This document shows positions 1 through 12,900 of a stretch of 53,915 nt of DNA, piece after piece. The DNA is from Spirogloea muscicola (taxonomy: Eukaryota). The stretch's first letter is position 1; each line of letters begins with the position of its first letter. The translations under genes and the position numbers were made by a program. The stretch is from assembly GCA_009602725.1 (NCBI GenBank), contig WELB01000015.1:167398-221312 (forward strand), read 5' to 3'. Below the pieces are notes generated by a model that ran no database searches, was not told where the DNA came from, and was given only the letters and a program-made list of their open reading frames with translations.

Positions 1-122
<122 letters not shown>

Positions 123-194
123 GCGGCGCGCCAGCCGCCGCCGTGCGCGGTCTTCTTGCCGGCCAGCGGCGCGGCAGCTGCGGGGGGAGCTGCG

Positions 195-3158
195 ATGGCG
201 CTGCAGCCGGCCGGCGCGGTCCGGCAGGCCATCGCCAAGACGGCGTCCATGCTGCTGGACCGCCCGGGCAGCGTCTCGCAGGCCGCCTTCAAGTCCCAGC
301 TCGCCGCTGCCCTGGCCGCCGACGGCGTCGACGCCTCCGGTATGCCGACGATGGGCTCCCTGCCGACTGCGGGCACCATTGTCCATGTCAAGAACCTTGG
401 CCCTGACCCTTGGTCCTGGCGACCACTACCCTTGCACCATCGAGCAGGCTCACTTTGCGCCAGTGCAGCGAATCGTGACTACTCGTTGTCATCAAGAGAG
501 CCTAAAACCTAAACCGTGAACCCCTAAACCGTAAGCCCTAAACCCTAAGCAACACCGCTCGAGGGTTAGGGTCAACTTTGAGGTCTTTTCTTGGAGATTG
601 TTGGGTCATCTAGGGTATAGGGGGGGATCGGAATCCCACGGTCATAGCTCAGGCGCCTAAACCCTGAGCCCTAGATCTGCGATCAATACCAGGTACTGGG
701 TACACGCAGGCCGGTCGAGGCCTGGGTGTTAATAGTAGGGTTTGGGTTTGGTGTTGACGGCTTAAGGATAGGGTTCATGATCTAGGGGGTTAGGGTTCAG
801 GGTTCAAGGATTGTCGAGCTTGAAGACACTCACAAGCTCGAGTTGTGGCGACTGCGGCGGCAGGCATGCAGGACATCCTGGACGGGCTGAACGTCGAGGA
901 GCTCAGTGACCCGTCCTCGACCATCTCCGACAGCTGGCTGCGCCACATCGACGAGGTCTCGCAGCGGGCCTCCGACAGCAACAGCGTGTCCAGCGGTGGC
1001 CGGTCGCTGACGCCGCTGGTGCCACCGGCGGCGTTTGGCCCGCGGCCTGGCAACAAGGGCGTCCGTGTGATTGACGAGTTCAACCGATGGATCGGCAAGC
1101 CAGACCTGGCCGTGGCGGTGGCCGCCATCAAGGCCCTCACAGCCGTCATCCGCGGCAGCGATGCCACCACCATGATGGGCCTCCAGATTGAGCTGAAGAA
1201 TGCGTCCGACGCCCTCAAGGTGAGCTGCGGATCTGCTCTGTGGTTCTCTGCATGGCAATGCTGACTCCAAAATCGAGCTCTGGCATTGGATCAAGTGTCA
1301 CTCAGCTATCCATGTCATTGTCTCTTTGTCCGCCCGCCCCGGTTTCGTGATTGAGGTACTAGGACTTTATTTTGAGTGTCTCTTATGATCCCTGATCCTT
1401 GCAAAGAATGGTTGAGGACGTCTTCGAGTACGCCCACAATTGTAGGAGGACTATGAACTTTCGTAGTGCGTCCTTAGATTGCCAGAATTGGAGGTGTTCA
1501 GATTTCCAGGATTGGTGCTCAGAGTATGTGGGTACGCTGCAAGGGGGCGGATAAGGAGTCTGTATGTGGCAGCTGGTCACTCAGTCAGAAGGATAGCTGC
1601 TGAAGCAAGGTCGTTGATAACACAATCTCCTCTTCCAGGACGGCGTTAGTCTTGCCTTGATTTGAACCATCCCTTAGCGTACAAGCACGCAGGCTGCAGG
1701 TTAATGCCAGGAGTGTCAGGAAATGAGGTCCAAGGGTTCCACTTCCTAGCATCTGAAAGCAAGCCGCTTCATTGACTCCAGTTTTGAGCTTGTTGTAGGC
1801 CTGCGACAAAACATCCATTTCGTTGAAGGCTGGTTGTGACCTCTTCATCCGGTATGTGACGAGGACGTCCGTGCTGGACGCTGAGGACATAAGTGCGGGC
1901 AAAGCTCGGCTGATCGAGCGAGGGGAGCGCTTCAGCGAGATCTCCCTGCAGGTAACTGCAAGCAGCTGCCGGAACGGCTCACCAGTGACCTTCTCATTTG
2001 AAAGTGTGCACTGATCATCCCAAGACCTTGGTATATGCGCAGGTGAGCAACTGATAGCGTCTTCATTGGGAATCCAGTGCATGCTACTTCTGTGGTATGT
2101 AGAGTCTATACTTCGAACATCTCAAGACCTAGCTGATTTGCTGGCTCTGCCCCGCTCGTATTGCAAGGCCAGGGAGACCATTGCGGCACTTGGGCAGGAC
2201 TTTGTGCACGACGGCGCGACAATCCTGGTCCATGGCAAGTCGCGTGTGGTCACCATGCTCCTCAGGCTTGCGGCCACGGGCGGGAAGCACTTCAATGTTG
2301 TGTGCACCGGTGAGCTGACATAAGAGCTGTCAAGCTGAGGGTGTCCATGAGCTTGTCTGGTGGAAGGCAGCCTCACATCTGGCATGGGTATATGGAAGTC
2401 TTCCTTCATACAGTAATGCTGCACTCTGGTCGCAAGTATTGATGCCATAACGCAGGGTCACAATGTATACATTGTATTACTGCGAGTCTAATCTTGGCGG
2501 TATGTGGTACAGAGGGTCGTGCCGACGATAGGGGCATCGACGTCGCCGCGGAGCTGGCGGGTGCAGGCATTCCTGTGACGCTGATCCTCGATGCGGGCGT
2601 TGGATACATGATGGAGCGCATCAACATGGTGCTTGTCGGCGCCGAGGGTGTCGTGGAGAGCGGAGGCGTCATCAACACCCTCGGGACCTTCCAGATTGCA
2701 ATGGTGGCCAAGGCAATGGGTCGGCCTGTCTACGTTGCAGCCGAGTCGTACAAGGTGACTGGCCTTACCTCGCTGGCTTTGTGTCTGTGTCTTTGTGTAA
2801 AGTCATTAGATGATTGAGGTTCTGATGTATAGCGGTCGTAATAAGACCTGAGGTGATAATTGTGGACTGTCATGTCTGCACGAGCGCTTGAGATACTGCG
2901 GAAGTGGGGTTGTGCTGATGCATTTTGCGCTCCCAATGGACATGGCAGTTTGCCAGGCTGTACCCGCTAGACCAGCGGGACATTGAGCCGGCGCCGATCG
3001 CCGTGCAGTTCTACGACAAGAAGGTGCCAGCGTCAGTGCACGTCGAGAACTCGGCAAGGGACTACACACCGCCACACCTCCTAACACTGCTCTTCACTGA
3101 TCTGGGCGTCCTTACGCCGGCAGCTGTCAGCGATGAGCTCATCAAGCTCTACTTGTAA
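195..3158 (+). CDS. EIF2B1: translation initiation factor eIF2B subunit alpha (6 exons)
   Basis: Exons 195-339, 864-1219, 1799-1951, 2168-2309, 2513-2754, 2949-3158, all GT-AG and phase-compatible. Motifs PDLAVAVAAIKAL, TSISLKAGCDLFIRYVTRT, VGAEGVVESGGVIN, AAESYKFARLYPL, DYTPP..LTLLFTDLGVLTPAAVSDELIKLYL. Exon 1 KTASMLLD resembles the N-terminus of plant orthologues. Start codon less certain. Confidence 0.93.
501..809. repeat. degenerate plant telomere-like repeats (CCCTAAA and TTAGGG variants) in eIF2B alpha intron 1, including a telo-box AAACCCTAA at 540-548
   Basis: 501-549 cctaaaa-cctaaa-ccgtgaa-cccctaaa-ccgtaag-ccctaaa-ccctaag; 655-677 cctaaaccctgagccctag; G-strand forms at 561-573, 611-626, 736-753 and 763-809. 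Confidence 0.65.
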
Positions 3159-3739
3159 GAATCTAGTATGTACTATTGCAGCCGTGCTTTGGCTGGGCAG
3201 GCTTGATGCAGGGCCAGTCGCACTGTCCACAAGTCATAGCCAAGTGAGCAAGGTAAAGACGCTGTGCACTGTGGCGCCCACATCCATCAAGTGGTTGCGC
3301 TGTGCGTCACCACGACATAGGCAACTTGCTGCAGATTGCTCTCAGCAGCCGAGAGCCCAGGTTTCCAATACAAATTTGTGATTGCTGCCACTAAGGCCAG
3401 GGCTCGGGAGGCTGCTTGACAGCTCATGGTGGAAAATTTGTGCAATTAAAAGGCTGCAAGCTTGGAAGCTGAGTGCTCGCGCGAATGACGATGGATGCAC
3501 AAGCTGCACGAGGACTGCGGTGATGTGCAGAGCTTGCTTGCTTCGTCCATGGCTCCCCTGGCCGGTCATCTGGGCACGTGGTTAGCCAATGACTGAGAAT
3601 GGTCAATTGATTTATGAGCTATGAAGCACTCGCGGGCGAGGGTGTAAGGAGAACTATAGCTCTTCCAAAGAATCGCGTGTGTATAAAGAGAACTTTAGCT
3701 CTTCCAAAGGTGAATTTCGTGTATTTGAAACAATCGAAG

Positions 3740-3812
3740 GCCAGTATGGCCAAGTACAAAGGTAAGCACATCAAAGGGGGCGAGGGCTGTGAATAGCCAA
3801 GCCAGAAAGGAA
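3740..3812 (-). mobile_element. two short CRE-like retrotransposon 3' UTR scraps
   Basis: tggccaagtacaaaggtaagcacat matches 19145-19170 and 33293-33318; aaagggggcgagggctgtg matches 20310-20328. Confidence 0.6.
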
Positions 3813-3818
3813 AAGACA

Positions 3819-3881
3819 GGGTTTAAGATTTTGGTGTTAGTAATAGTGGGTTTTAGGATTTGGGGTTTAGGTTATGGGGTA
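3819..3881 (+). repeat. degenerate TTTAGGG-like repeat upstream of EngB
   Basis: gggtttaag...gggttttaggatttggggtttaggttatgggg. Confidence 0.4.
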
Positions 3882-4026
3882 AAGGAAAGTGAAGATATCG
3901 TGGCACGAGGTTCAGGTACCCCGCCGTGCCCGCAGCTCGCGCCGGCAGACGCGGCGGGAAGCCCGGGCGGTTGACGTGCGGGCGGCGACCTCGGCGGCAG
4001 GGCGGCGGCGGCGGCAGCGGCGGCGG

Positions 4027-4330
4027 NNNNNNNNNNNNNNNNNNNNNNNNNNNNNNNNNNNNNNNNNNNNNNNNNNNNNNNNNNNNNNNNNNNNNNNNNN
4101 NNNNNNNNNNNNNNNNNNNNNNNNNNNNNNNNNNNNNNNNNNNNNNNNNNNNNNNNNNNNNNNNNNNNNNNNNNNNNNNNNNNNNNNNNNNNNNNNNNNN
4201 NNNNNNNNNNNNNNNNNNNNNNNNNNNNNNNNNNNNNNNNNNNNNNNNNNNNNNNNNNNNNNNNNNNNNNNNNNNNNNNNNNNNNNNNNNNNNNNNNNNN
4301 NNNNNNNNNNNNNNNNNNNNNNNNNNNNNN
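4027..4330. other. assembly gap (N run), probably hiding the EngB start codon
   Basis: N run flanked by (GGC)n and GC-rich coding sequence. Confidence 0.95.
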
Positions 4331-5819
4331 GCAGCCCCAGCGCCACGGCGCGGCGACGGCTGCGCCGTCGAGCGGCGTGACGGGCGCCGCGCTCGGCGGC
4401 TGCACGACGGCGGTCCCCCTGCGGACTAGCAGCGGCGGCGGCGCCCACATTCCGGTGGAGGGGCTCGAGGAAGCGGTCCTCATCCCCGCCGGCCATGGCT
4501 TGCGGGAGGGCATGCGCGTCACCCGGACTGCCGACGGCGCCATCGTGGCCCTGCCCACCTCGGCGCCGCCGCCGGCGCCGCAGCTGGCGCACCGCATCCG
4601 CAGCGCGGCTTTCGTGAAGAGCAGCGCGGACGTCGCCGAGTGCCCACCGGCCGGCACCCGCCCCGAGTTTGCGCTCGTCGGCCGCTCCAACGTCGGCAAG
4701 TCCAGCCTCGTCAACATGCTGGTCGCCCGCCGGGACCTTGCGCAGACCTCCAAGAAGCCGGGTGCGTTAAGGTGGCCAACTACTTGACAGAGATTTAAGT
4801 GAAGTATTACTTTTGCTATGTTCTTGTTACTGAAACTTCAAGAGTAGCAACAGCACTGAAGGTGACCAATCAACGAAGTGAACCTCAGATATTTATCTCG
4901 CAGCTTACAAGCATGATCCGAGGCCATCATTTGCTGGTCTACCACCTAGCGTCCTGGCGACTCAAGTATGACAGCGCCTATGACCGTCAGCTAGACCTTC
5001 GGCAGGGTCACAGCTGGCTGAGCCAGTGGTGCCCCCCTCACGTGGCGACCCGCACGCAGGCAAGACGCAGCTCATCAATCACTACCTGATCAATGAGGAC
5101 TGGTACCTGGTCGACCTGCCCGGCTACGGGTGAGCTCGAGCAGCGCCATGATTTTAAACGTATGAAGAGCCCCTGCCCAGTGGACTGCAGCGTAGCACAG
5201 GGAAGATGGCAATGGCAACAGCTGTAGTGCCCTTTTCAGGAAGGCATTGCTCTGACCATCAAATCTACATTGCTTCCTGCGTGGTTGCACATGCGGCAGC
5301 TACGCGGTCGCGCCCAAGGGTGTGCGCACAGAGTGGAACGAGTTCACAAAGGGGTACTTCCGCAGGCGCCCAAACCTTGTTTCTGTGTTCCTGCTCGTGG
5401 ATGCCAGCATTCCCCCGCAGGCAATCGACCTCGAGTGTGCCGACTGGCTTGGCCGCAACAAGGCAGGCTTCCCTGCCGATATGCTTTTCTGAGCACATTC
5501 TGAGCTCCTTACAAGGTCTGATGCTAACAAGGTGCTAGATATAAGGACAGAAAGTAGCCAAGCTTTGCACAGATTTGTTACTATTCTGGGCCAATTGATG
5601 CAGATACCTGTTACGGTAGTCTTCACCAAGTGCGACCGCAGAAAGAAGAGCAAGAATGGTGGGCGGCCACCGGCGGAGAATGCAGCAGCCTTTATTGAGC
5701 AGCTTGCGGAGCACTATGCTGAGTTGCCGCCCTACATAATGACGAGCTCTGTCAGCGGCACCGGCAAGGATGAGCTCCTTGCGCACATTGCGGCGCTGAG
5801 ACATCACTGGCGGACCTGA
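4331..5819 (+). CDS. engB: EngB/YsxC/YihA-family ribosome biogenesis GTPase, probably organellar (5' partial)
   Basis: Exons <4331-4761, 5060-5129, 5300-5462, 5604-5819; the last intron has a GC donor. G1 [10 protein letters not shown]2 SKKPGKTQ, G3 DLPGYG, G4 TKCD. Confidence 0.92.
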
Positions 5820-6921
5820 CCGTAGGAGCCTCTGCCGTTCGTGGTTCCCTTTGCCAGCTCGCGGTTGTGCCAACAGAGAATTGTGCGAACTACTACTCGG
5901 GACTACTCATGAGCAGGTAAGTCCTATTAAATCCTGGCACATGTCATACTGAATTTCATGTCAAGTCTGATTGCCGACTGACAGTGACTATGGTTCTTCT
6001 CTTGCCAGGCACCTCCAGTCCAGGGCGACTGGCGGCTGCTGCCATCCGTCTCTGGTTGCTGCACGCATTGGGCACCTTACACGTGGCCGGCAATGTGCAC
6101 AATCTGACATGCAGGACTTACAAGAGCGTCAAAGTCGGAGCTTGCCGCTTGGCACGCCAGCCAGGCGCAAGCTTAGAGTCGTTTACAGAGTGCCTGCTTG
6201 GCTTCTCTTACATCGGCACGAATTTTGGTCCCTCTCTTTATGATATTGCATGTGTGCTCGTGAATTGAGACCACGGATTCGCGGTTCTGTGTAAGCATTG
6301 CACATGAAGCATCACAGAGGTTGGCCCATCAGCCAGAGATAGACCGCGACAGCCTGCATCATTGCGCGAGAGGTTTTGAGGCAAGTAGGGATGACAGAGC
6401 CCACTCAGACAGACACTAGTAGCCGGCTTTGAGGAGCAAGAGTGAGCGCAAGTGCAGCTTCCTTTGCAGGGACTACGGCAGCGGAATGGACCTATCCCAT
6501 CAGCAGCATTTAACAAGCTTGTCGAGAAGTGCTTCACAAACTGATGGGAAGAGGGAGGGGGTCAAGAGATAGTAAATGTGGGCTGGGGAGTGGGAGTGAC
6601 ACAAAGTACAGAAACAGCTCACGTACAAAGTAAGGCAATGGCTGTGAGAGGCCAGCTCAAAGGAATGTACAAAGAAAGATGTTAAGTGCACAGACGTGAG
6701 CTGACGACCGGTAAGCAGGGCTGTGGCCACAGGTCATCGAGTGCACTTGATAGCAGCTACAGTGTGGGGCTCACTAGTGAAGGCTCGCAAAGGCTGATTG
6801 GAAGCTAGGCATCCGGTAGTCAGTCAAGAAACATTACCTAATGCCTACCTTAGTGCTGACCCATCTGATTGATTGCAGCCAGCTCAGCTCAGTGGAGGAG
6901 CTAATCTCAACCCCTCCGGCA

Positions 6922-9900
6922 ATGGCGCCGCGGCCTGCGCCGTGGCCGCCGCGGCGCGCGCGCCCGCCCGGGCGCGNCGGCGGCCGCGGGGCGGGAGGCC
7001 TCCTCCAACAGGACGTCGGAGGCGCCGGCGGCAGCATCGGCAACGCCGCCGGCGTTGCCTACCTCCCGCATGGCGTCTACCTCTGCGACCTGCGGCACGA
7101 CGCCTGGGACGATTCCGCGGCGGCGTTGGCGGCGCCGGAGGCGGCGGCAGCCGCGGCGGCGCCCGACGGCCTCGTCTCCCGGTGGCGCATGAAGGACCGG
7201 GTGAGACTGTGATCACGCTGCCGAAGTTAAGGAGCTAGCAGAGGATTTAGCGAAGGAAATAACGAAGGAGTTAGCGAAGGAGTCAGCAAAGCTGCATACT
7301 TGCTGCAGCTGGGGAATGACGCTAGCCATGGCGCCTGCGCTGCCTCCCCCGGCCTCTCAGATGAAGACCGGCGGCGTGGCGCTGGTGGTGTGCCTCAACA
7401 TCGGCGTCGACCCCCCCGACGTCATCAAGATCTCCCCCTGCGCCCGCCTGGAGTGCTGGATAGGTCAGGTCCTGCAGGAGGAAGCGCTTTCACCAGCTCA
7501 CCAGTGCAGTCGTGCACGTGCACATTCCTGCAAGCTGCGGTGTGGGCTGCCCTTGTGTCACCTTGGGCAGATTCATTTGGGTCACATATGTTCAGCTTGT
7601 TGGGAATCATTGTTCAGTGAAGGGACTCAAGTATTCCATGATGCAAAGATTGAACATTGTTTTACTGCGTGACTTGTCTCCTCATCTGCTACTGCCAGCA
7701 TCCTGCAGCCTCGTCGTCCTCATGCTTCTCTGGAGCCACAGCATAATGGCAGCAGCTTGTCATGAGCTGTCTATTGTCTTATGCACATGGCTCTTGTTCA
7801 CAAGCTATAGGTGACATGGATGGTCTCGTTCTGATGAGTCCCTTATACTGTCGGCCGCTTTTCAGACCCCTTCTCCATGCCAGCACAGAGGGCGCTAGAT
7901 GCCATCGGCAGAAACTTGCAGGCACAGTACGAGCGATGGCAGCCACGGGTAAGAGCTAGCTCCTTGAATATATGCCAAACTCCTCAAGAAGTGTACTAGA
8001 GATAAGGCAGATGCCTTGCTGTGTCATGATCACAGCAATCCAAAGTGCATAAAGGTTCTGGCAGAAAGATGTCCATTGCTATACAAGTGGTCAATCAAAG
8101 CACCTATTGCCACTTTTCTTTCTGAACGCCTTTGCCGCAAGAGCGGCATGCAGGCCAGGTACAAGATGCAGCTGGATCCAACTGTAGAGGACGTCAAAAA
8201 GCTGTGCACGTCCTCGCGGCGGAATGCCAAGACTGAACGCGTGCTCTTCCACTACAATGGGCATGGTGTACCCAAGCCAACTGTCAATGGAGAAATTTGG
8301 GTGTTCAATAAGGTCGGTCATTCTCGTTGTAATTGCTCTGTGGTTGGCTGAAGAGGCCTCAAGCCTAAGACGGGGGCTTACTTGTGTGTTGCATTGGTTC
8401 TTAATGTTTACAGAGCTATACTCAGTATATACCACTCTCTGTATACGAGCTGGAGTCGTGGCTTGGAACACCTTCCATTTACGTCTTGGATTGCTCGGCG
8501 GCTGGTACCATCGTCAACGCGTTCTGCGAAGTCAGTGATCATCGAGGCCTGGCCTGGCCAGCATAGGCAGCTTGTCATGCAATCTTCGTGTCACCCTTGC
8601 TTTCTCTGACACAGAAGTACTGGATCTATGTCTTGGCAATTGGGTCCTTTAGTTGACATCGGGTCCTTTAGTTGACATCAACAATGGAGGCGAATTGAAA
8701 GTAGCGTTGTGGTCAACGCAGAGGCCAGAGTGGGGACATGGAGGCTCTTCTGTCCCATCCATGAAGGAGACCATCATCCTGGCAGCATGTGGGGCTAGCG
8801 AAATCCTGCCGCAGAATGCTGATCTGCCAGCGGACATCTTCACCTCTTGCCTGACTACGCCGATAAAGATTGCTCTACAGTGGTAATACTGGCTCTCTGG
8901 TCAAGATACATTGGTTGATTGAAGGTGCTTGAAGGCTTTGCAGAGTGCTCTGAAATGGATCGCAGAGCTTGTTCATTTGCAGGTTCTGTCCTAGGTCACT
9001 ATTGAAGGACACTTTGGACAAGGATTTGGTGGACAGAATACCTGGCCGGCAACAGGACCGCAAAACCCCCCTGGGGGAGCTAAACTGGATATTCACGGCC
9101 ATTACAGATACAATAGCCTGGAATGTCCTGCCTAGAGGTTGCTGCTTAACCCTCCCACTTAGACCTGAGGCAGACCAACCGTTGGTCTGACTGAATAATG
9201 CCTTCTTCACTTGCACTTGACTGCTACTATGGTGCAGTGTGTGGGTAGAATAGCTGCATACATGCATCACTGCGGCATATGGTCCTCCACGTACAAAGTG
9301 TTGCTTTAGGGAAGACCTTAGCTCTTATAAGTTGCTAACTTGTGGCCAAGATATCAATCACTAGCTGAGATAAGTGGCGTGTCTGTTACTGTGCCAGACC
9401 TCTTTCAGCGGCTCTTTCGCCAAGATCTTCTTGTGGCCAGCCTCTTCCGCAATTACCTCCTTGCCGAGAGGATCATGCGGGCAACAAATTGCACGCCTAT
9501 TTCACACCCAAGACTTCCAGCCACACACCAGCACCACATGTGGTAAGTGCTCTACATGATTTTATTGCTCGTGGACTTTGGAAGGCTGATGGCATAACTG
9601 AAGGTTACTTGCTAGCTCTGGTCTCCAGCCTTTGGCAGGACTGCTCTGTATATACTACACATACAGTGAACGGCTGTTGTTCATAACAGGCATGCTTGGG
9701 ATTTGGCTGCTGAGATATGCTTATCGCAGCTGCCAACACTCCTCAATGATCCAAATGCGGAGTTCCAGGTGTCGCTTTATCTCTCTGAAACCCCTTAAGA
9801 TGGATCCACAGTGCTAGTCAGCCATTAGCACAACCTCTGCTTTTCCAGCATCTCAGACGTGCCTGCTTACTGTTCGCCAGACAAAGCTGGATTGCAGTCC

Positions 9901-12900
9901 TCACTTTCATCTACTTGTTACACGCAGCCAAGCCCCTTCTTCACGGAGCAGCTAACAGCTTTTGAGGTTTGGTTGGAGCACGGATCTGAGGAGAAAAAAC
10001 CCCCAGAGCAGCTTCCAATTGTCCTGCAAGTACGCGACCATTACTCTGAGAGCCTGCAGGCTACCAAGGCTTAGCAATATGTAAGGCACATAGCAGTGTT
10101 TCTCTTATGGAATTTATAGGGCAGTTACTTATGACTTTCTTATATGCAGGTTCTCTTGAGCCAGTCTCACAGACTACGAGCATTGAAGCTTTTGGGCCGC
10201 TTCCTAGATATGGGAGCCTGGGCAGTCGATCTGGTGAAGCTTTTACCAACGCTTTATTGTCCATCTGAAGTAAAAGCTTGCAGCTAGTGACCGAATTTAG
10301 GTTGTGTCACGATCAGCAGGTATAGTGTATGCTGGAGCTTTCTATGTCAAGTATCCCATGCTGACTACTGACCCTGTTGTGTGCTACAGGCCTTATCTGT
10401 GGGAATCTTTCCATATGTGCTGAAGCTTCTGCAGACAACTGCGACAGAGCTGCGGCAGATACTTGTGTTTATATGGACCAAAATTTTGGCTCTTGACAAA
10501 GTGAGTGCGGCTTGGGATGTCAGAAGTCATCAATGTGCTCACACCGGGTGCAGTCTATATCATACTAACACAGATAAGGGTACATTGTCTTTGTGGAGTT
10601 GTTGCTTATTATCATACTTTCCTACTGTTGCAGTCCTGTCAGGTGGACTTAGTCAAGGACGGTGGACATCTGTATTTCATCAAGTTCTTAGATAGTCGGG
10701 AAGCTTATGGCGACATCAGGGAGAGGGCAATGACTGCCTTTGAGCGGGCCATGGCTGCTTTTGTACTTGCAGTAATTGCCGATAGTCACCCTAAAGGGCA
10801 AGCTGCCTGCATCCAGGTAAGAGGGTTCCGGTTTCAGGTCAAAGAGTACCATTGTATGTGTACCTAGCTTCTGACTGAGTAGCTGAAGCCCAAAGCCTCT
10901 TACTTAGTCTATCTTGATAGGTGTTGCTCAAGCCCTTGAAGCTTTCCATAGCTTAGAATTGAGAGCTTAGCCTCGGATTAGTGGACAGCTCCTGCTTTTT
11001 TCCTCAGCTTGAATAGAATAATGTAGAGTAGAGTAATACTAGATTAGAATCCTAACATTAGACTACAAAAGACTGACTAGAGTGCTCAGCCTTCAGGTGC
11101 CTCCAAGTACAGTTGGCGAAGACACCTTCTGACCCGCTCCTTCTGAGCCTTCCAATGTCATTCTCCCTTGTAGGCTGGCTTGGTTGGCATCTGCCTGGTG
11201 CACATCCAGGCGGCCCCACAGGGGGAGCCTCTGCTCCTCCAGTGGCTGTGCCTGTGCTTGGGTAAGCTGTGGGACGGCGCGCGCAGTGCTCAGCAGCTCG
11301 CTCTCAGGGATCAAGCCCCCCTCATTGTTGCTCAGCTCCTCACTGAACCTAAGCCCGAGGTCAGAGCAACCTTTCCTTTTTGTTATATTCCTTGCTCGTG
11401 AGCCTGTTAGTGGCAGAGTCTTACAACACTGAGATTCCTGCAGAGTATGGCAAAAAATGCACTCATTGTGTAGTATTATTTTGACACTCTTTTCACGTTC
11501 TTGGCAGCAGTCTCAGCACCACCTAACATTGTCCGTGTCGTGCTGAAGTACTCTTAAGCTGCTCAGCGTCCAGAGCGCAGCATGTCCACAGCTTAACCAG
11601 TCAACAACGAGTTGAATACTTACCCAAAAGTACTGTTTGTGATTGGCAGGTGAGAGCCTCTGCAACTTACACTTTAGGGACTCTTATACACTTTGGACCG
11701 AGTGCCAGTGAAGCTAGCCACCATGGGGGCTCCATAGAGGAAGAGTCAGCGGAAGGCTCAATAAGCGACCAAGCAGACGAGAATTCGTTGGCCGAGGAGC
11801 GCAGCATTGCACGATCTCTCCTCACCGTGCTCAATGATGCAAGTCCGCTTGTGCGCATGGAATTGGCAGTTGGTGAGCTCCCACACTACATGGTAACACA
11901 ATGGTAGAGAATTATGGAGAGAAGTCGACTGTGATAAGGTCATACATACTTACGGACAACAAGAAGTACAAGCTAAAAGTGTTGACAGAATGTCTATGCC
12001 TCTGTTGGACTGGCCATGGTCAGTAGCTCATCCTACGCAATCCCTTGTGCCCCATGACAGCACTGGCAAGGCTTGTGCACAGCCACAACCGCCTCTTCTG
12101 CAGAGCAGCGGCGGCGTACCTCAAGCCGCCATCAAGTTTCATCCTTACCTCCTCAGCCTCCGCCAGGACACTCCCGGCACATCATGCCTTCTCCCCGCAG
12201 CTTGCTTTTGTGGGTGGAAGCTTCCTCGGCGAGCAGGCCCATGGCAGCTTCCAGCGTGGCCTAGGCTCACTTGCAGTGAAGAACCATCCCACTCCCTCGG
12301 TTGCCGTGGCTTCATCCTCCAGCCTGACCGTGCTGGTGGGCGCTTCGCCATCACCTGCAGTGGGCCCTTCGCCTTTCTTGTATGACGAATTGCCAGACAG
12401 GGGGAGAGAGGGGAGAGACTCTTCACAGGCTCCGACCTCGGCCAGGGCTAGCCTGGCTGATCGCTCTACAAACGACAGTATCACAGGTCATACTGACAGG
12501 AGATTGAATGGAAGGGTAGAGGAGGCCGAGAAGTCTGACGAAGAGCTTGAAGATGCAAGAGCGAAGGGGCTGGCTGATGTAAAGAAGGACGATGAAGCTG
12601 ACCCACATGGCGAGGTTGTTGATGCGGAGAGAGGAGAAGATGGTGCTAATGGCTTGCCAGCTGAGTCTGGACGGCTTGAAGACGACAGAGCGCAGAACGA
12701 GGCGGAGGACCAGGCAACCTATGTGCAGTGCATCATGGCCATATACACCTTAGCGCGAGACCCTTCGCCAAGGGTTGCAGCGTTGGCAAGGCAGAGCCTT
12801 CGAAGCGTCGGAGTTGAGCCCGTAATCAAGGTGTTACCCACACCAGGCACAGGTCTTGGAGAGCAGAATGCACCGCAAGTGCAGGCTGCAAGAAGCGGGA

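Noticed and set aside
3650..3725. ~39-bp-period direct repeat (gagaact.tagctcttccaaag)
   Set aside because: Only two copies; an ordinary local duplication with no further structure
5971..6730. Short ORFs between EngB and RAPTOR
   Set aside because: No recognisable homology or coherent exon chain
7831..7865. CTGATGAG as a hammerhead ribozyme core
   Set aside because: No matching GAAA and stems; it lies in the branch/acceptor region of a RAPTOR intron
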